From an uncultured Lachnospiraceae bacterium (lineage in GTDB: Bacteria; Bacillota; Clostridia; Lachnospirales; Lachnospiraceae), in contig ONNQ01000008.1 in the NCBI GenBank assembly GCA_900319245.1, positions 13,844 to 77,843 of the forward strand: DNA of 64,000 nt, written 5' to 3'. Shown piece after piece: positions 38,869-48,001 of the stretch (position 1 is its first letter; each line of letters starts with the position of its first letter). The notes under the pieces are model-generated. The model was not told the origin of the DNA. It made no database searches and saw only the letters and a program-made list of their open reading frames with translations. The translations under genes were made by a program, and so were the position numbers.

Positions 38869-39432
38869 ATGGCAGATATACGTGAAAAAAACGATAAAAA
38901 AGAGCCCCGCATCTTTATCATCGCGGACACTCATTTCGGAGATGAAAATATAAGACTCTATGAGGAAAGACCGTTTCCGGATACGGAGACAATGGACTGT
39001 GAGATCATAAGAAGATGGAATGAAACCGTAGATGAGGATGATCTTGTGTATCATCTGGGTGATTTCTGCTCGCAGGGCGAGCAGCGCTGCCGGGAACTGA
39101 CTGCACAGCTCAAAGGCAGAAAGTTTCTGATCATCGGCAATCATGACCGCTATCTTTCTACGCAGAAATGGAGGGAAATCGGATTCGAAGAGTGTTATGA
39201 TCTGCCGGTTGTACTGAAAGAATTCTTCATTTTGTCCCATGAACCGCTGTACATGTGCCGCAGTATGCCCTACGCCAACCTCTTCGGGCACATGCACAAT
39301 GTGCCGTCCTACCGCTCTGTCAGCTCCCGCAGCGCTTGTGTCAGTGTAGAAAGGATCAACTATACGCCAATTCTTCTCGAAACACTGCGGAACATGATGA
39401 AAGAGGAGGAGCGCAAAGAAAGCCTGAAATAA
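38869..39432 (+). CDS. Calcineurin-like metallophosphoesterase
   Basis: ADTHFG, HLGDF, GNHD, LSHEP, FGHMH. Confidence 0.9.
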   Translation: MADIREKNDKKEPRIFIIADTHFGDENIRLYEERPFPDTETMDCEIIRRWNETVDEDDLVYHLGDFCSQGEQRCRELTAQLKGRKFLIIGNHDRYLSTQKWREIGFEECYDLPVVLKEFFILSHEPLYMCRSMPYANLFGHMHNVPSYRSVSSRSACVSVERINYTPILLETLRNMMKEEERKESLK

Positions 39433-39490
39433 TACAATCTGTGCGGGCACTCCCCACCATTCAACAGGTTCTATCGTTTATGGTGATGTC

Positions 39491-39696
39491 TGGGTACAGA
39501 GACAGCTTTTCCTTGATTTGTTCCCCACGGTTTTCATCCCATCTGGCGTCGTTTAGGTACAGGGAGAAATTTTGCTTGATTTGTTCCCCATAGTTATCCT
39601 CTGCTTTAGGTACAGCAACAAATTCTGTAAGAAAAGTTCCAAATAATATCGGCAAAGATGGAGAACTTTTCATCGAAATCTGCCTCCTGTACCTAA
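39491..39696. repeat. Degenerate intergenic repeat cluster (three direct units, one inverted)
   Basis: GGTACAG-started units; CTTGATTTGTTCCCCA twice; GGAGAACTTTTC...CTGTACCTAA is an inverted copy of unit 3. Confidence 0.7.
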
Positions 39697-39735
39697 TTCG
39701 CTCCATCCCCTCCAATGAGCCGCCCCTTCACACAT

Positions 39736-39780
39736 AAAAGCTGCCACATTAAGAGAGATTTCTTAATGTGACAGCTTTCT
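39736..39780 (-). terminator. Intrinsic terminator of the dpp/opp operon
   Basis: AAAGCTG.CACATTAAGA...TCTTAATGTG.CAGCTTT. Confidence 0.7.
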
Positions 39781-39834
39781 TCGCTTTAAAAAAGCCTCTA
39801 CTCCCCGCAGCCGATATTACTACCCCCGCCGGCA

Positions 39835-40578
39835 TCACTGCGCCGCCGCAAGCAGCTGCTTGGTATATTCTTCCTGGGGGTTATCGTAGACTTCGTCTAC
39901 CGTTCCCTGCTCCACAATTCTTCCCTTTTTCATGACAAGAACCCTGTCGCACAGCTGATACACGACGTTGAGATCGTGCGAGATGAACAAATAGCTCAGG
40001 TCCAGTTCCTCCCGCAGGTCGCGCAGAAGCTGCAGGATCTGCGCCTGGATCGTGACGTCCAGCGCCGAGACCGGCTCGTCCGCGATGATAAAGCGCGGTC
40101 TCCGGATCAGGGCCGCCGCGATGCTCACTCTTTGCCTCTGTCCGCCGGAGAGCTCGGAAGGCCTGGCGTAGAGGCACTCTTCGGGCAGCTCTACTTTGGC
40201 CAGCATGTCGCGCACGCGGCGCTTTCTCTCCGCTTCGTCATATTTGCCAAAAACGCGCAGCGGCTCTTCCAGCGACCACTCGACCGTGTAGGCCGGGTTT
40301 AGTGAGCTGTAGGGGTCCTGAAAAATGATCTGGGGGCGCTTGGTGTAGTGAACGATCTCGCCCTCCTTCGGCTTCACCATGCCGAGGAGCATTCTGGCAA
40401 GCGTGGATTTTCCGGTGCCGCTCTCTCCCACAAGGCCCATGATCTCGCCGTGGCGAATGTTGAAGTCCACATCGTAGAGGACCTGCTGGTATTTGCCCTT
40501 GCCAAAGAGGCCCGGCGTATGGTACCCGCCGCTCACATGCTTTACTTCCAGCACAAGCTGTTTATCTGCTTCCGTCAT
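39835..40578 (-). CDS. Peptide/nickel ABC ATPase (DppF/OppF-like)
   Basis: [28 protein letters not shown]. Confidence 0.9.
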   Translation of the reverse strand: MTEADKQLVLEVKHVSGGYHTPGLFGKGKYQQVLYDVDFNIRHGEIMGLVGESGTGKSTLARMLLGMVKPKEGEIVHYTKRPQIIFQDPYSSLNPAYTVEWSLEEPLRVFGKYDEAERKRRVRDMLAKVELPEECLYARPSELSGGQRQRVSIAAALIRRPRFIIADEPVSALDVTIQAQILQLLRDLREELDLSYLFISHDLNVVYQLCDRVLVMKKGRIVEQGTVDEVYDNPQEEYTKQLLAAAQ

Positions 40579-41479
40579 GGCGTTCACCTCCTGCCTGCAC
40601 CGCGCGGTCCACTACACCGGTTCCGTCTGTCGCATCCACACGCCCGGTCTCTGCGCTTTTCCCGGTGTTGTCCGCTGTCTCCTCCGCACTCCGCCTCGCG
40701 ATCACCTTGACGCGCGTCGGGATGCACTCGATCAGGTGCTGCGTGTAGGGATGCTGGGGCCTGAAGAACACGTCATTGGTCAGGCCTTCCTCTACGATCA
40801 CGCCTCTTTGCATGACGGCGACGCGCTTACAAAGCTTTCTCACGACGTTGAGATTATGGGAGATAAAGAGCATGGAAATCCCGTGCTTTTGGTTGAGTTT
40901 CTTAAGGAGCTTCAGGATCTGGGCCTGGATCGTCACGTCCAGTGCCGTCGTGGGCTCGTCCAGAAGAAGGAGGCTGGGCCTGCTCACGATCGCCGCCGCG
41001 ATCATGGACCTCTGCAGCATGCCACCGGAAAGCTCATGCGGATACTTGTCATAGACTGCCTCGGGATCCGGCAGTTCGACGTCTGTCAGGGCCTGGATAG
41101 CTCTCTGCTTGCGCTCCTCGGCGCTCAGATCTGTGTGGATGACCAGCACTTCCTCCACTTGCTTTCCGACCTTCATGAGAGGATCCATGGCGCTCATGGG
41201 TTCCTGGAAGACGACGCCGATCTTGTTTCCCTGTACCTTTCGTAAAAGCGCTCTTTTGGCATGAAGCATGTCTTCTCCATCCACGAGCACTTCCCCCTGG
41301 TAGCTGCATTTCTTGCGGGGCAGAAGGCCCGCGATGCTCATCGCGGTGACCGATTTGCCCGATCCCGACTCGCCCACAAGGCCCAGGATCTCTCCGTCGC
41401 GCAGCGTGAAGCTCACGCCTGCCACCGCTTCTCTGTCTCGATTGTGAAATTTAACATGGAGATCTCTGACTTCCAGCAT
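40562..41479 (-). CDS. Peptide/nickel ABC ATPase (DppD/OppD-like)
   Basis: [30 protein letters not shown]. Confidence 0.9.
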   Translation of the reverse strand: MLEVRDLHVKFHNRDREAVAGVSFTLRDGEILGLVGESGSGKSVTAMSIAGLLPRKKCSYQGEVLVDGEDMLHAKRALLRKVQGNKIGVVFQEPMSAMDPLMKVGKQVEEVLVIHTDLSAEERKQRAIQALTDVELPDPEAVYDKYPHELSGGMLQRSMIAAAIVSRPSLLLLDEPTTALDVTIQAQILKLLKKLNQKHGISMLFISHNLNVVRKLCKRVAVMQRGVIVEEGLTNDVFFRPQHPYTQHLIECIPTRVKVIARRSAEETADNTGKSAETGRVDATDGTGVVDRAVQAGGERHDGSR

Positions 41480-42288
41480 CAGTCCACCTCCTTATTCATT
41501 TTCTGCATACCCTCTCCGATCAGACTGATGCCGAATACGAGAAGGGCGATCACGCCGCCGACGCTCAGTGCGTACCAGGGCGCCGAGCGGAACATGCCCT
41601 GCGCCTCCGAAAGCATATAGCCCATGGAGACGTCCGGCGGTGTCACGCCGATGCCCAGAAAGCTCATGCTGGCCTCCGCGAGAACCGCGTTGTTAAAGCC
41701 GATCGTCAGGGCCGGCAGCAGTACATGCATTGTGTTGGGCAGCATGTGCATCATCAGAATGCGAGGGCTCGAAGCCCCCATCAGCCTTGCGCTGATGATG
41801 TAGTTGACTTCACGCTGCGACGCGAACGCCGTTCGCATCATGCGCGCGTAGCTGGGGATGAAGACGATTCCCAGCGCAATGATCACGTTGTACTTGCCCG
41901 GTCCCAGAATACTGATGATGACCAGGGCGAGAAGAATGCTGGGGAATGCGGTCAGCGCATCATTCAAGCGCATCAGCACTTCGTCGACAATACCGCCAAA
42001 ATATCCCGTCATGGCGCCGACAATCGTGCCGATTCCCGCGCCGATCACGATGGTGAGGGCCGCGATGAACAATGTCGTTCCGGATCCCTGCATGACGCGG
42101 CTGAAGATGTCTCGCCCGAACTTGTCCGTTCCGAACAGATGGGCCAGGGACGGTCCCTGGAGCTTCGCCGCGCTCATCTTGGTCGGCGGGTAAGGGGTAT
42201 AAAAGCGTCCGATGAGGATCCACAGGACAATGATCGTTGTGATGATCACGCCCGCGATCAGATATCCGTTCCATTTATGCTTTTTCAT
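41479..42288 (-). CDS. Peptide/nickel ABC permease (DppC-like)
   Basis: HLFGTDKFGRDIFSR, EASMSFLGIG. Confidence 0.9.
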   Translation of the reverse strand: MKKHKWNGYLIAGVIITTIIVLWILIGRFYTPYPPTKMSAAKLQGPSLAHLFGTDKFGRDIFSRVMQGSGTTLFIAALTIVIGAGIGTIVGAMTGYFGGIVDEVLMRLNDALTAFPSILLALVIISILGPGKYNVIIALGIVFIPSYARMMRTAFASQREVNYIISARLMGASSPRILMMHMLPNTMHVLLPALTIGFNNAVLAEASMSFLGIGVTPPDVSMGYMLSEAQGMFRSAPWYALSVGGVIALLVFGISLIGEGMQKMNKEVD

Positions 42289-43235
42289 GCGCGCCCTCCC
42301 AGTTTGAGACGCGGGTCGATCTTTTGATTGATCAGATCCGCCAGTGTTCCCGAGAGAATGACCCAGAAGGCGAGGATGACGACCAGCGCCTCCACGACCG
42401 GATAATCTCTGTTGGAAATGGACGCAACGAGGAATCTTCCCATGCCGGGAACGCCAAAGACCTGCTCCACGACAATGCTGCCGCCCACGATTTCCGCCAT
42501 CGTCTGTCCCAGGAATGTGATCGTGGGAACCAGCGAGTTCTTGAGAACGTGCTTTTTGAGGACTTCCGCGCGGTCATTGCCTCTGGAGATCGCGGTCCGG
42601 ACATAGTCCTTTTCCATCTCCTCAATGATCGTGCTCTTGAGCATACGCACGGCCATTGCAATTCTGGGGATCGCAATGCAGACGGCGGCAAAAAACAGAT
42701 ATCTGACCGCGCCTGCCAGGTCCTTCTCGATCTTGGGGAAATCCCCGGGCGTGAAGAATTTGAAAATGATCCCGAAAATGTACGAGACCAGAATACTCAA
42801 AAAGAAAGCGGGCACAGCCATGCACAGCTGCACAATAGTCGTTCTGAGCCAGTCAAGACGCCCTCCCGATTTTTGCGCCGCGCGCAGTCCCAGAGGGAGG
42901 GAACAGATGATAATGATCACAAAGCTGATCAGGACCATTAGAAGGGTCACCTTTAGCTTGGGCATGATCAGGGCCGCCACCGGCTGCCTGTAGCTGTAGG
43001 AAACGCCCAGATTCCCGGTGAAGAAGCCAAACAGCCAATTGATATACTGCACCAGGAACGGCTTATCCAGCCCCATCTCCTGCCGCAGGATCGCGAGCTG
43101 CTTCTCTGTGGCGTTCATACCGAGGATGGCCCTTGCCGGATCGCCGGATATGATGTGGAAGGCGGCAAACGCCAGAAACGATACCATGATCATGGTAATG
43201 ATTAATGCCAGAATTCGGCGGACTACATACTTCAA
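42285..43235 (-). CDS. Peptide/nickel ABC permease (DppB-like), TTG start
   Basis: GDPARAILG, DYVRTA.SRG, VEQVFGVPGMG, RDYPVV. Confidence 0.9.
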   Translation of the reverse strand: MKYVVRRILALIITMIMVSFLAFAAFHIISGDPARAILGMNATEKQLAILRQEMGLDKPFLVQYINWLFGFFTGNLGVSYSYRQPVAALIMPKLKVTLLMVLISFVIIIICSLPLGLRAAQKSGGRLDWLRTTIVQLCMAVPAFFLSILVSYIFGIIFKFFTPGDFPKIEKDLAGAVRYLFFAAVCIAIPRIAMAVRMLKSTIIEEMEKDYVRTAISRGNDRAEVLKKHVLKNSLVPTITFLGQTMAEIVGGSIVVEQVFGVPGMGRFLVASISNRDYPVVEALVVILAFWVILSGTLADLINQKIDPRLKLGGRA

Positions 43236-43443
43236 AGCGGGTTACTCCTTTATATCAGATCGGCGCATGATCCAGATCTGTCCAGCGCTCCCAATTCCAT
43301 ATGCTTCACACCCGGTGCTGCGTGATCATGCCAAAACAGGCAGCAGCCCCCAAAATGCGTTGCGATAAAGAAAAAAATGCGCAGCAATAAGAATGCCCTA
43401 TTGCTGCGCACATGATCGCTTACTCAGATTTCGTTATTTGTCC

Positions 43444-45084
43444 TTATTCCCACTTCAGCGTGGAAACGTCCAGCACATACAGAGGATAGAATGTAAGGCC
43501 GGTCAGACCCTTACGAACCGCAACCATATCCGCCATATCCTGAATATAGACGCTTGCTGCATGCTCGGTCAGGTTCTTTTCCATTTCTTTATAGATCTTG
43601 GTCTGCTCTTCATCGTCGTAGGTCTTGATCGCCTGCTCGAAGAGTGCATCATATTCCTCATTGTTGTAGTTGATGAAGTTGTTTCCGCGGTTGCCTTCCT
43701 CATCTTCTACGCGCTGGCCCGTTGTAAATCTCTCCAGAAGGCTTCTTGCCGTCAGAGGATCTGCTGTCAGGCCGATGACTGTGGACTGGAAGTTTCTTCC
43801 TGCATAGGTATCCGATACCCATGTCTCCCACTCTACCTTGTTCAGTGTTGCGTTGATGCCAACTTCCTTGAGCTGCTCAGCAATAACTTCCGCTGTATCG
43901 CAGTGCGGTGTGTAGTTGGAAGGAACGGTGATGGTCATATCAAATCCATCGGGATAGCCTGCCTCAGCCAGAAGCTCTTTGGCCTTTTCCTTGCCCGCTT
44001 CCGGTGTCTCCAGTGTGTAGTAGTTGGTCAGACTGTCGTCAAAATACTTTGTGAATGCAGGGAATACGTTGGATCCGATCAGGAAGCCGTATCCGTCAAA
44101 TGCCATATCCAGGATGCCCTGTCTGTCAATGGCATAGCAAAGAGCCTGGCGAACCAGCTCATTGTCAAACGGAGCCACTTCATTGTTGAGATAAAGAGCC
44201 TGCACAAGGTTCATTGTGCCCTGCTCAATATTGAAGTTGTCCTTGTTGAGCTCTGCTACCTGGGTGCTGCTCAGGTGAGAAACCAGATCCAGCGCGCCGC
44301 TCTCAAGACCCATGATCAGACCTTCTGCCTTCTCATTGATCTTATAGGTGACCTTGTCGATATTGGCAGGCGTTCCCCAGTAGTCTGCGAATTTCTCGAG
44401 TTCTACGGATTCCTGCGCTGTGCGGGAAACATACTTGTAGGGGCCTGTGCCGACCGGCGCCGTATCCTGCTGGTCATAGTCAGCGGGAATGATCGCCAGT
44501 GTCAGAAGAGACATCAGTTCTGTGTTGGGCTCAGTGAGCGTCATCACAAGTTTGTTGTCTCCATCCTTCTCCAGACTTGCGATGCACTGCAGTCCTGTGG
44601 AGGTCTGCGGATTGACCTTGGGGTCGTCCTTGCAGCGCTGGATTGAATAGATCACGTCGTCGAGATCCACTGTGTCGCCATTGTGGAACTTCACGCCGTC
44701 GCGAAGGGTAAACGTATAGACGAGACCGTCATCAGAAACCTCCACTTCGGATGCCACCGCGGGGATGGTATCACCGTTGGAGTCGTATTTGACAAGTCCC
44801 TCAAAGACATTGAACATTACTTCTTTGGTGCCGGCTGCAACTGCATAGTGGGGATCCAGGCTCTGGTCAAGATCCTGGGCGATACCGATCACGATCTCAT
44901 TGGCCTGTGCTCTCTCCGTTGCATCCTCTTCCTGCGTCTCAGCCGCGGGAGCAGCCTCTGCCGCTTCTTCCGTGCCTTGTGCGGGCGCAGCTTCTGTGCC
45001 CTGTGACGCTCCTTTACCGCAGCCTGTGAGAAGCGCTCCCACCATGCTTGCAGCAAGGATTCCTGCCAGTATTCTCTTTTTCAT
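43444..45084 (-). CDS. Peptide/nickel ABC substrate-binding lipoprotein (family 5)
   Basis: LTGC lipobox, YTFTLRDGVKFHNG, PVGTGPY; AAGGAG RBS before ATG 45084. Confidence 0.92.
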   Translation of the reverse strand: MKKRILAGILAASMVGALLTGCGKGASQGTEAAPAQGTEEAAEAAPAAETQEEDATERAQANEIVIGIAQDLDQSLDPHYAVAAGTKEVMFNVFEGLVKYDSNGDTIPAVASEVEVSDDGLVYTFTLRDGVKFHNGDTVDLDDVIYSIQRCKDDPKVNPQTSTGLQCIASLEKDGDNKLVMTLTEPNTELMSLLTLAIIPADYDQQDTAPVGTGPYKYVSRTAQESVELEKFADYWGTPANIDKVTYKINEKAEGLIMGLESGALDLVSHLSSTQVAELNKDNFNIEQGTMNLVQALYLNNEVAPFDNELVRQALCYAIDRQGILDMAFDGYGFLIGSNVFPAFTKYFDDSLTNYYTLETPEAGKEKAKELLAEAGYPDGFDMTITVPSNYTPHCDTAEVIAEQLKEVGINATLNKVEWETWVSDTYAGRNFQSTVIGLTADPLTARSLLERFTTGQRVEDEEGNRGNNFINYNNEEYDALFEQAIKTYDDEEQTKIYKEMEKNLTEHAASVYIQDMADMVAVRKGLTGLTFYPLYVLDVSTLKWE

Positions 45085-45283
45085 AAGCTCTCCTTTCATC
45101 ACTGCTCTCATGCAAGAGTCAATGTGGGGCTATCGCCCTTTTCTTTTGCCTCTGCCATTGTATTTCATGGGAGGGCATTTTACAAGAAGCGTTTCCGTTT
45201 TAAGACAATTTTCGTGTGTCTTTTCTGTGTCCGCAGGTAATAGATGGTATAATGTCCATACGACTACTATACAGGAGGCATCT

Positions 45284-45337
45284 ATGGCAGATAATAAAGA
45301 TTTGCACGATCAGTATCAGCTCGTCACAAACAAATAA
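45284..45337 (+). CDS. Putative 17-aa small protein MADNKDLHDQYQLVTNK
   Basis: Extended -10 TGGTATAAT (45245-45253), AGGAGG RBS 6 nt before ATG, GC-rich stem-loop right after the stop. Confidence 0.5.
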   Translation: MADNKDLHDQYQLVTNK

Positions 45338-45449
45338 TACCGGGGGCGGTACCCCCCTTCAAAAATGCATTGGATTCGCGGGTGTACCGCCCCCGCTTAT
45401 TATTATGCAGGACGCAAAAAAAGAACTGATTTCTCAGTTCCTTTTTCAG

Positions 45450-45522
45450 AGCGATAGACGAGGCTCGAACTCGCGACCTCCACCTTGGCAAGGTGGCGTA
45501 CTACCAACTGTACTACTATCGC
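45450..45522 (-). tRNA. tRNA-Gly(GCC)
   Basis: GCGATAG...CCACC-TTGCCAA-GGTGG...CTATCGC-T. Confidence 0.96.
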
Positions 45523-45557
45523 ATGTATGAAGTTGTAATGGAAATGGATTCCATCAG

Positions 45558-45630
45558 AGCGATAGACGAGGCTCGAACTCGCGACCTCCACCTTGGCAAG
45601 GTGGCGTACTACCAACTGTACTACTATCGC
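45558..45630 (-). tRNA. tRNA-Gly(GCC), identical tandem copy
   Basis: Same sequence as 45450-45522; promoter TTGACA-17-TATATT at 45671-45699. Confidence 0.96.
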
Positions 45631-45785
45631 ATTTGCATTGATCAACCGTTTTGCGCGGTGGACAATGATTAATATACCGCAGTGCCCACCGCGTGTCAAC
45701 AGTTTTTTTTAATTTTGAAGGCAGCGATTTTGGGGACTGCCCCATTCGTACGCTGAGAGGTCTGCCCCATAAGGGCCAGCCGGCC

Positions 45786-46472
45786 TTACAGCGCCTGATC
45801 GTTCTGCGCGTATTTTTTGACCATTGTGACAGCGATGATGTCCATCACGATGACGAAGCCGATCCACACATAGAAGTACACGTCTTCCTCCATGGACGCC
45901 GCGAAATCATAAAAGCCGTGGATCAGGACCGGGATCAGAAGGCTCATGAATGCGGAGCTTCTGGCCTTGGACGGATAGCCATATCTTGTATACGCCTTCT
46001 CCAGTCCATAGAAATGACCCATGAACATGCCGCAGATCGCGTGCAGCGGAATCGCCGCAAGTCCGCGGATCGGCGCCACCTCCAGGCCAAAGCCCATGAT
46101 ATAGCCGATGTTCTCCAGTCCCGCAAAGCCCAGCGCCACAAATACGCCGTAGACAACGCCGTCGAACAGATAATTGAAGGCCGGATCTTTCCAGCTCCCC
46201 AGATGCAGCATAAACCGCTTGCAGAGTTCTTCCGCAAGTCCAACCACCAGGAAGTTCTCGGCCAGGATGAGCGCCGTGCCTGTGAGCCCGGTCCCGGCCA
46301 GAATGCGCATGCCGACCGACTCCAGCGCAATCGCCGGGATTGTGGAAAGGCATCCCAGAAAGAAAAGCTTGAGCAGAAGCCCCGAAGGCTCACTCTCCAC
46401 CGAATCCTTTTTGAAAATATAATACCCAACTACGACACAGGGAAGCAGGGCCGCGATTAATACGATTCTCAT
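45786..46472 (-). CDS. PrsW family intramembrane protease
   Basis: GLAEELCK, DGVVYG...LGFAGLEN, PLHA, IHGFYD. Confidence 0.9.
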   Translation of the reverse strand: MRIVLIAALLPCVVVGYYIFKKDSVESEPSGLLLKLFFLGCLSTIPAIALESVGMRILAGTGLTGTALILAENFLVVGLAEELCKRFMLHLGSWKDPAFNYLFDGVVYGVFVALGFAGLENIGYIMGFGLEVAPIRGLAAIPLHAICGMFMGHFYGLEKAYTRYGYPSKARSSAFMSLLIPVLIHGFYDFAASMEEDVYFYVWIGFVIVMDIIAVTMVKKYAQNDQAL

Positions 46473-46569
46473 TTTTACCCTCCGTTTTAATCAAAACGCC
46501 TGACGAACAACACATTGGATCCAATTTGCATCGAAATATCCCAATCACCATGCCAAAGCGGCAGCCGGT

Positions 46570-47880
46570 TTATTTCTCCATTTTCCAGAAGGACGCACTA
46601 TAGGCCGGAAGTCTGCTGCCACCGCCAAAATCATGCGTTTTGCCGGTGATCAGGTCCACCGCTGTACCGCATCCCGCGTCGAAGTGCGCCACATATTCCT
46701 GCTCATCCGCGTTGATGGCTACCAGCACTCTCTCACCTTCTGTCTTTCTCTCGAAGATGCACTGCTTGTTGGTCAGGACCACACTCCTGAAATCGCCGTA
46801 GCAAAGAGCCTTGGACGATTTTTTGGCAAGGGCAAGCTTACTGATCCACTCTGTGAGATCATTCCACTCCGGTTTCTCAATGCGGGGCCTAAGTGCAGGA
46901 TCCCCCTGATTCTTGTGGCCCTCGACGCCCCACTCGCTTCCGTAGTAGATGCTGGGAATGCCGGGCATGCCGAATGCCAGTGCATAGATGAGCGGCAGGT
47001 GCTTTTTGTTAGTCAGAACGCTTGCAACACGCGTCACGTCATGATTATCTACGAAGGACAGCAGGTGATATCCACGGTACAGGCACCAGGGGTCCGATCC
47101 GAACTGGCGCATGAGCGAGTGATTGATCTCAAACATATTCATGCTGTTGAAGCTGGAGAACAGCCCCTTGTAGCACTCATAGTTGGTCGCGCTGTGCAGC
47201 ATGCCTTCTCCCATGATGGTCTTGTAGTCGCCGCCCAGGATCTCGCCGATCAGATAGAAGTCCTGCTTGAGCGAATCCGTAAAGCCTCGCAGGCGTCTGA
47301 TGAAGTCCCTGTCCAGGCAGTAGGCGACGTCCAGCCGCAGTCCGTCGATGTCAAAATACTCCACCCAGTAGCGGATCGCGTCAAAGAGATGTCCGATCAC
47401 CGCCTCGTTTCTGAGGTTGAGCTTCACCAGATCATAATGGCCTTCCCAGCCCTCGTACCAGAGGCCGTCGTTATAGGGAGAATTGCCGTCGAAGCTCACA
47501 TTGAACCAGTCCTTATAGGGGGACTCCCACTTTCTTTGCAGAACATCGACGAACTGTGTAAAGCCGCGGCCTACATGATTGAAGACGCCGTCCAGGATCA
47601 CGCGGATCCCTTCCTTGTGCAGAGCATCGCAGACTTCCTTGAAGTCCTCATTGGTGCCGAGCCTGCAGTCGATCTTCTTGTAGTCCCTCGTATTATAGCC
47701 ATGTGTGTCCGATTCAAAGACCGGACAGAAATAGACCGCCGTGATCCCCAGCTTTTTCAGATGGGGGATCCAGTCCTTCACCTCCAGGATCCTGTGTGCC
47801 AGCACGCCGTCGTTTTCATAAGGCGCGCCGCACATTCCCAGAGGGTAAATCTGATAAATCACGCTTTCTTCAGCCCACAT
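46570..47880 (-). CDS. GH13 alpha-amylase family glycoside hydrolase (cyclomaltodextrinase-like)
   Basis: DGVFNH, GLRLDVA, IGE, FVDNHD; no signal peptide. Confidence 0.92.
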   Translation of the reverse strand: MWAEESVIYQIYPLGMCGAPYENDGVLAHRILEVKDWIPHLKKLGITAVYFCPVFESDTHGYNTRDYKKIDCRLGTNEDFKEVCDALHKEGIRVILDGVFNHVGRGFTQFVDVLQRKWESPYKDWFNVSFDGNSPYNDGLWYEGWEGHYDLVKLNLRNEAVIGHLFDAIRYWVEYFDIDGLRLDVAYCLDRDFIRRLRGFTDSLKQDFYLIGEILGGDYKTIMGEGMLHSATNYECYKGLFSSFNSMNMFEINHSLMRQFGSDPWCLYRGYHLLSFVDNHDVTRVASVLTNKKHLPLIYALAFGMPGIPSIYYGSEWGVEGHKNQGDPALRPRIEKPEWNDLTEWISKLALAKKSSKALCYGDFRSVVLTNKQCIFERKTEGERVLVAINADEQEYVAHFDAGCGTAVDLITGKTHDFGGGSRLPAYSASFWKMEK

Positions 47881-47979
47881 AGTTCTTATTCCTCCTTATC
47901 CTTACATGGGGTTCTCCAAATACCATATTTCTATTCATTTTGCAATAGAAAAACCGCAATTTCTTAAAAGAAATCCCCA

Positions 47980-48000
47980 TTGTCCACAAAGTTATCCACA
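47980..48000 (+). promoter_or_regulatory. Two tandem DnaA-box-like sites
   Basis: TTGTCCACA (47980) and perfect TTATCCACA (47992). Confidence 0.55.
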
Positions 48001-48001
48001 A

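Noticed and set aside
39461-39715. 84-aa ORF with repeated GEQIK motif
   Set aside because: Translation of the intergenic nucleotide repeats; no supporting coding signal.
45450-45630. 73-bp direct repeat as CRISPR or att site
   Set aside because: Both copies are complete tRNA-Gly(GCC) genes.
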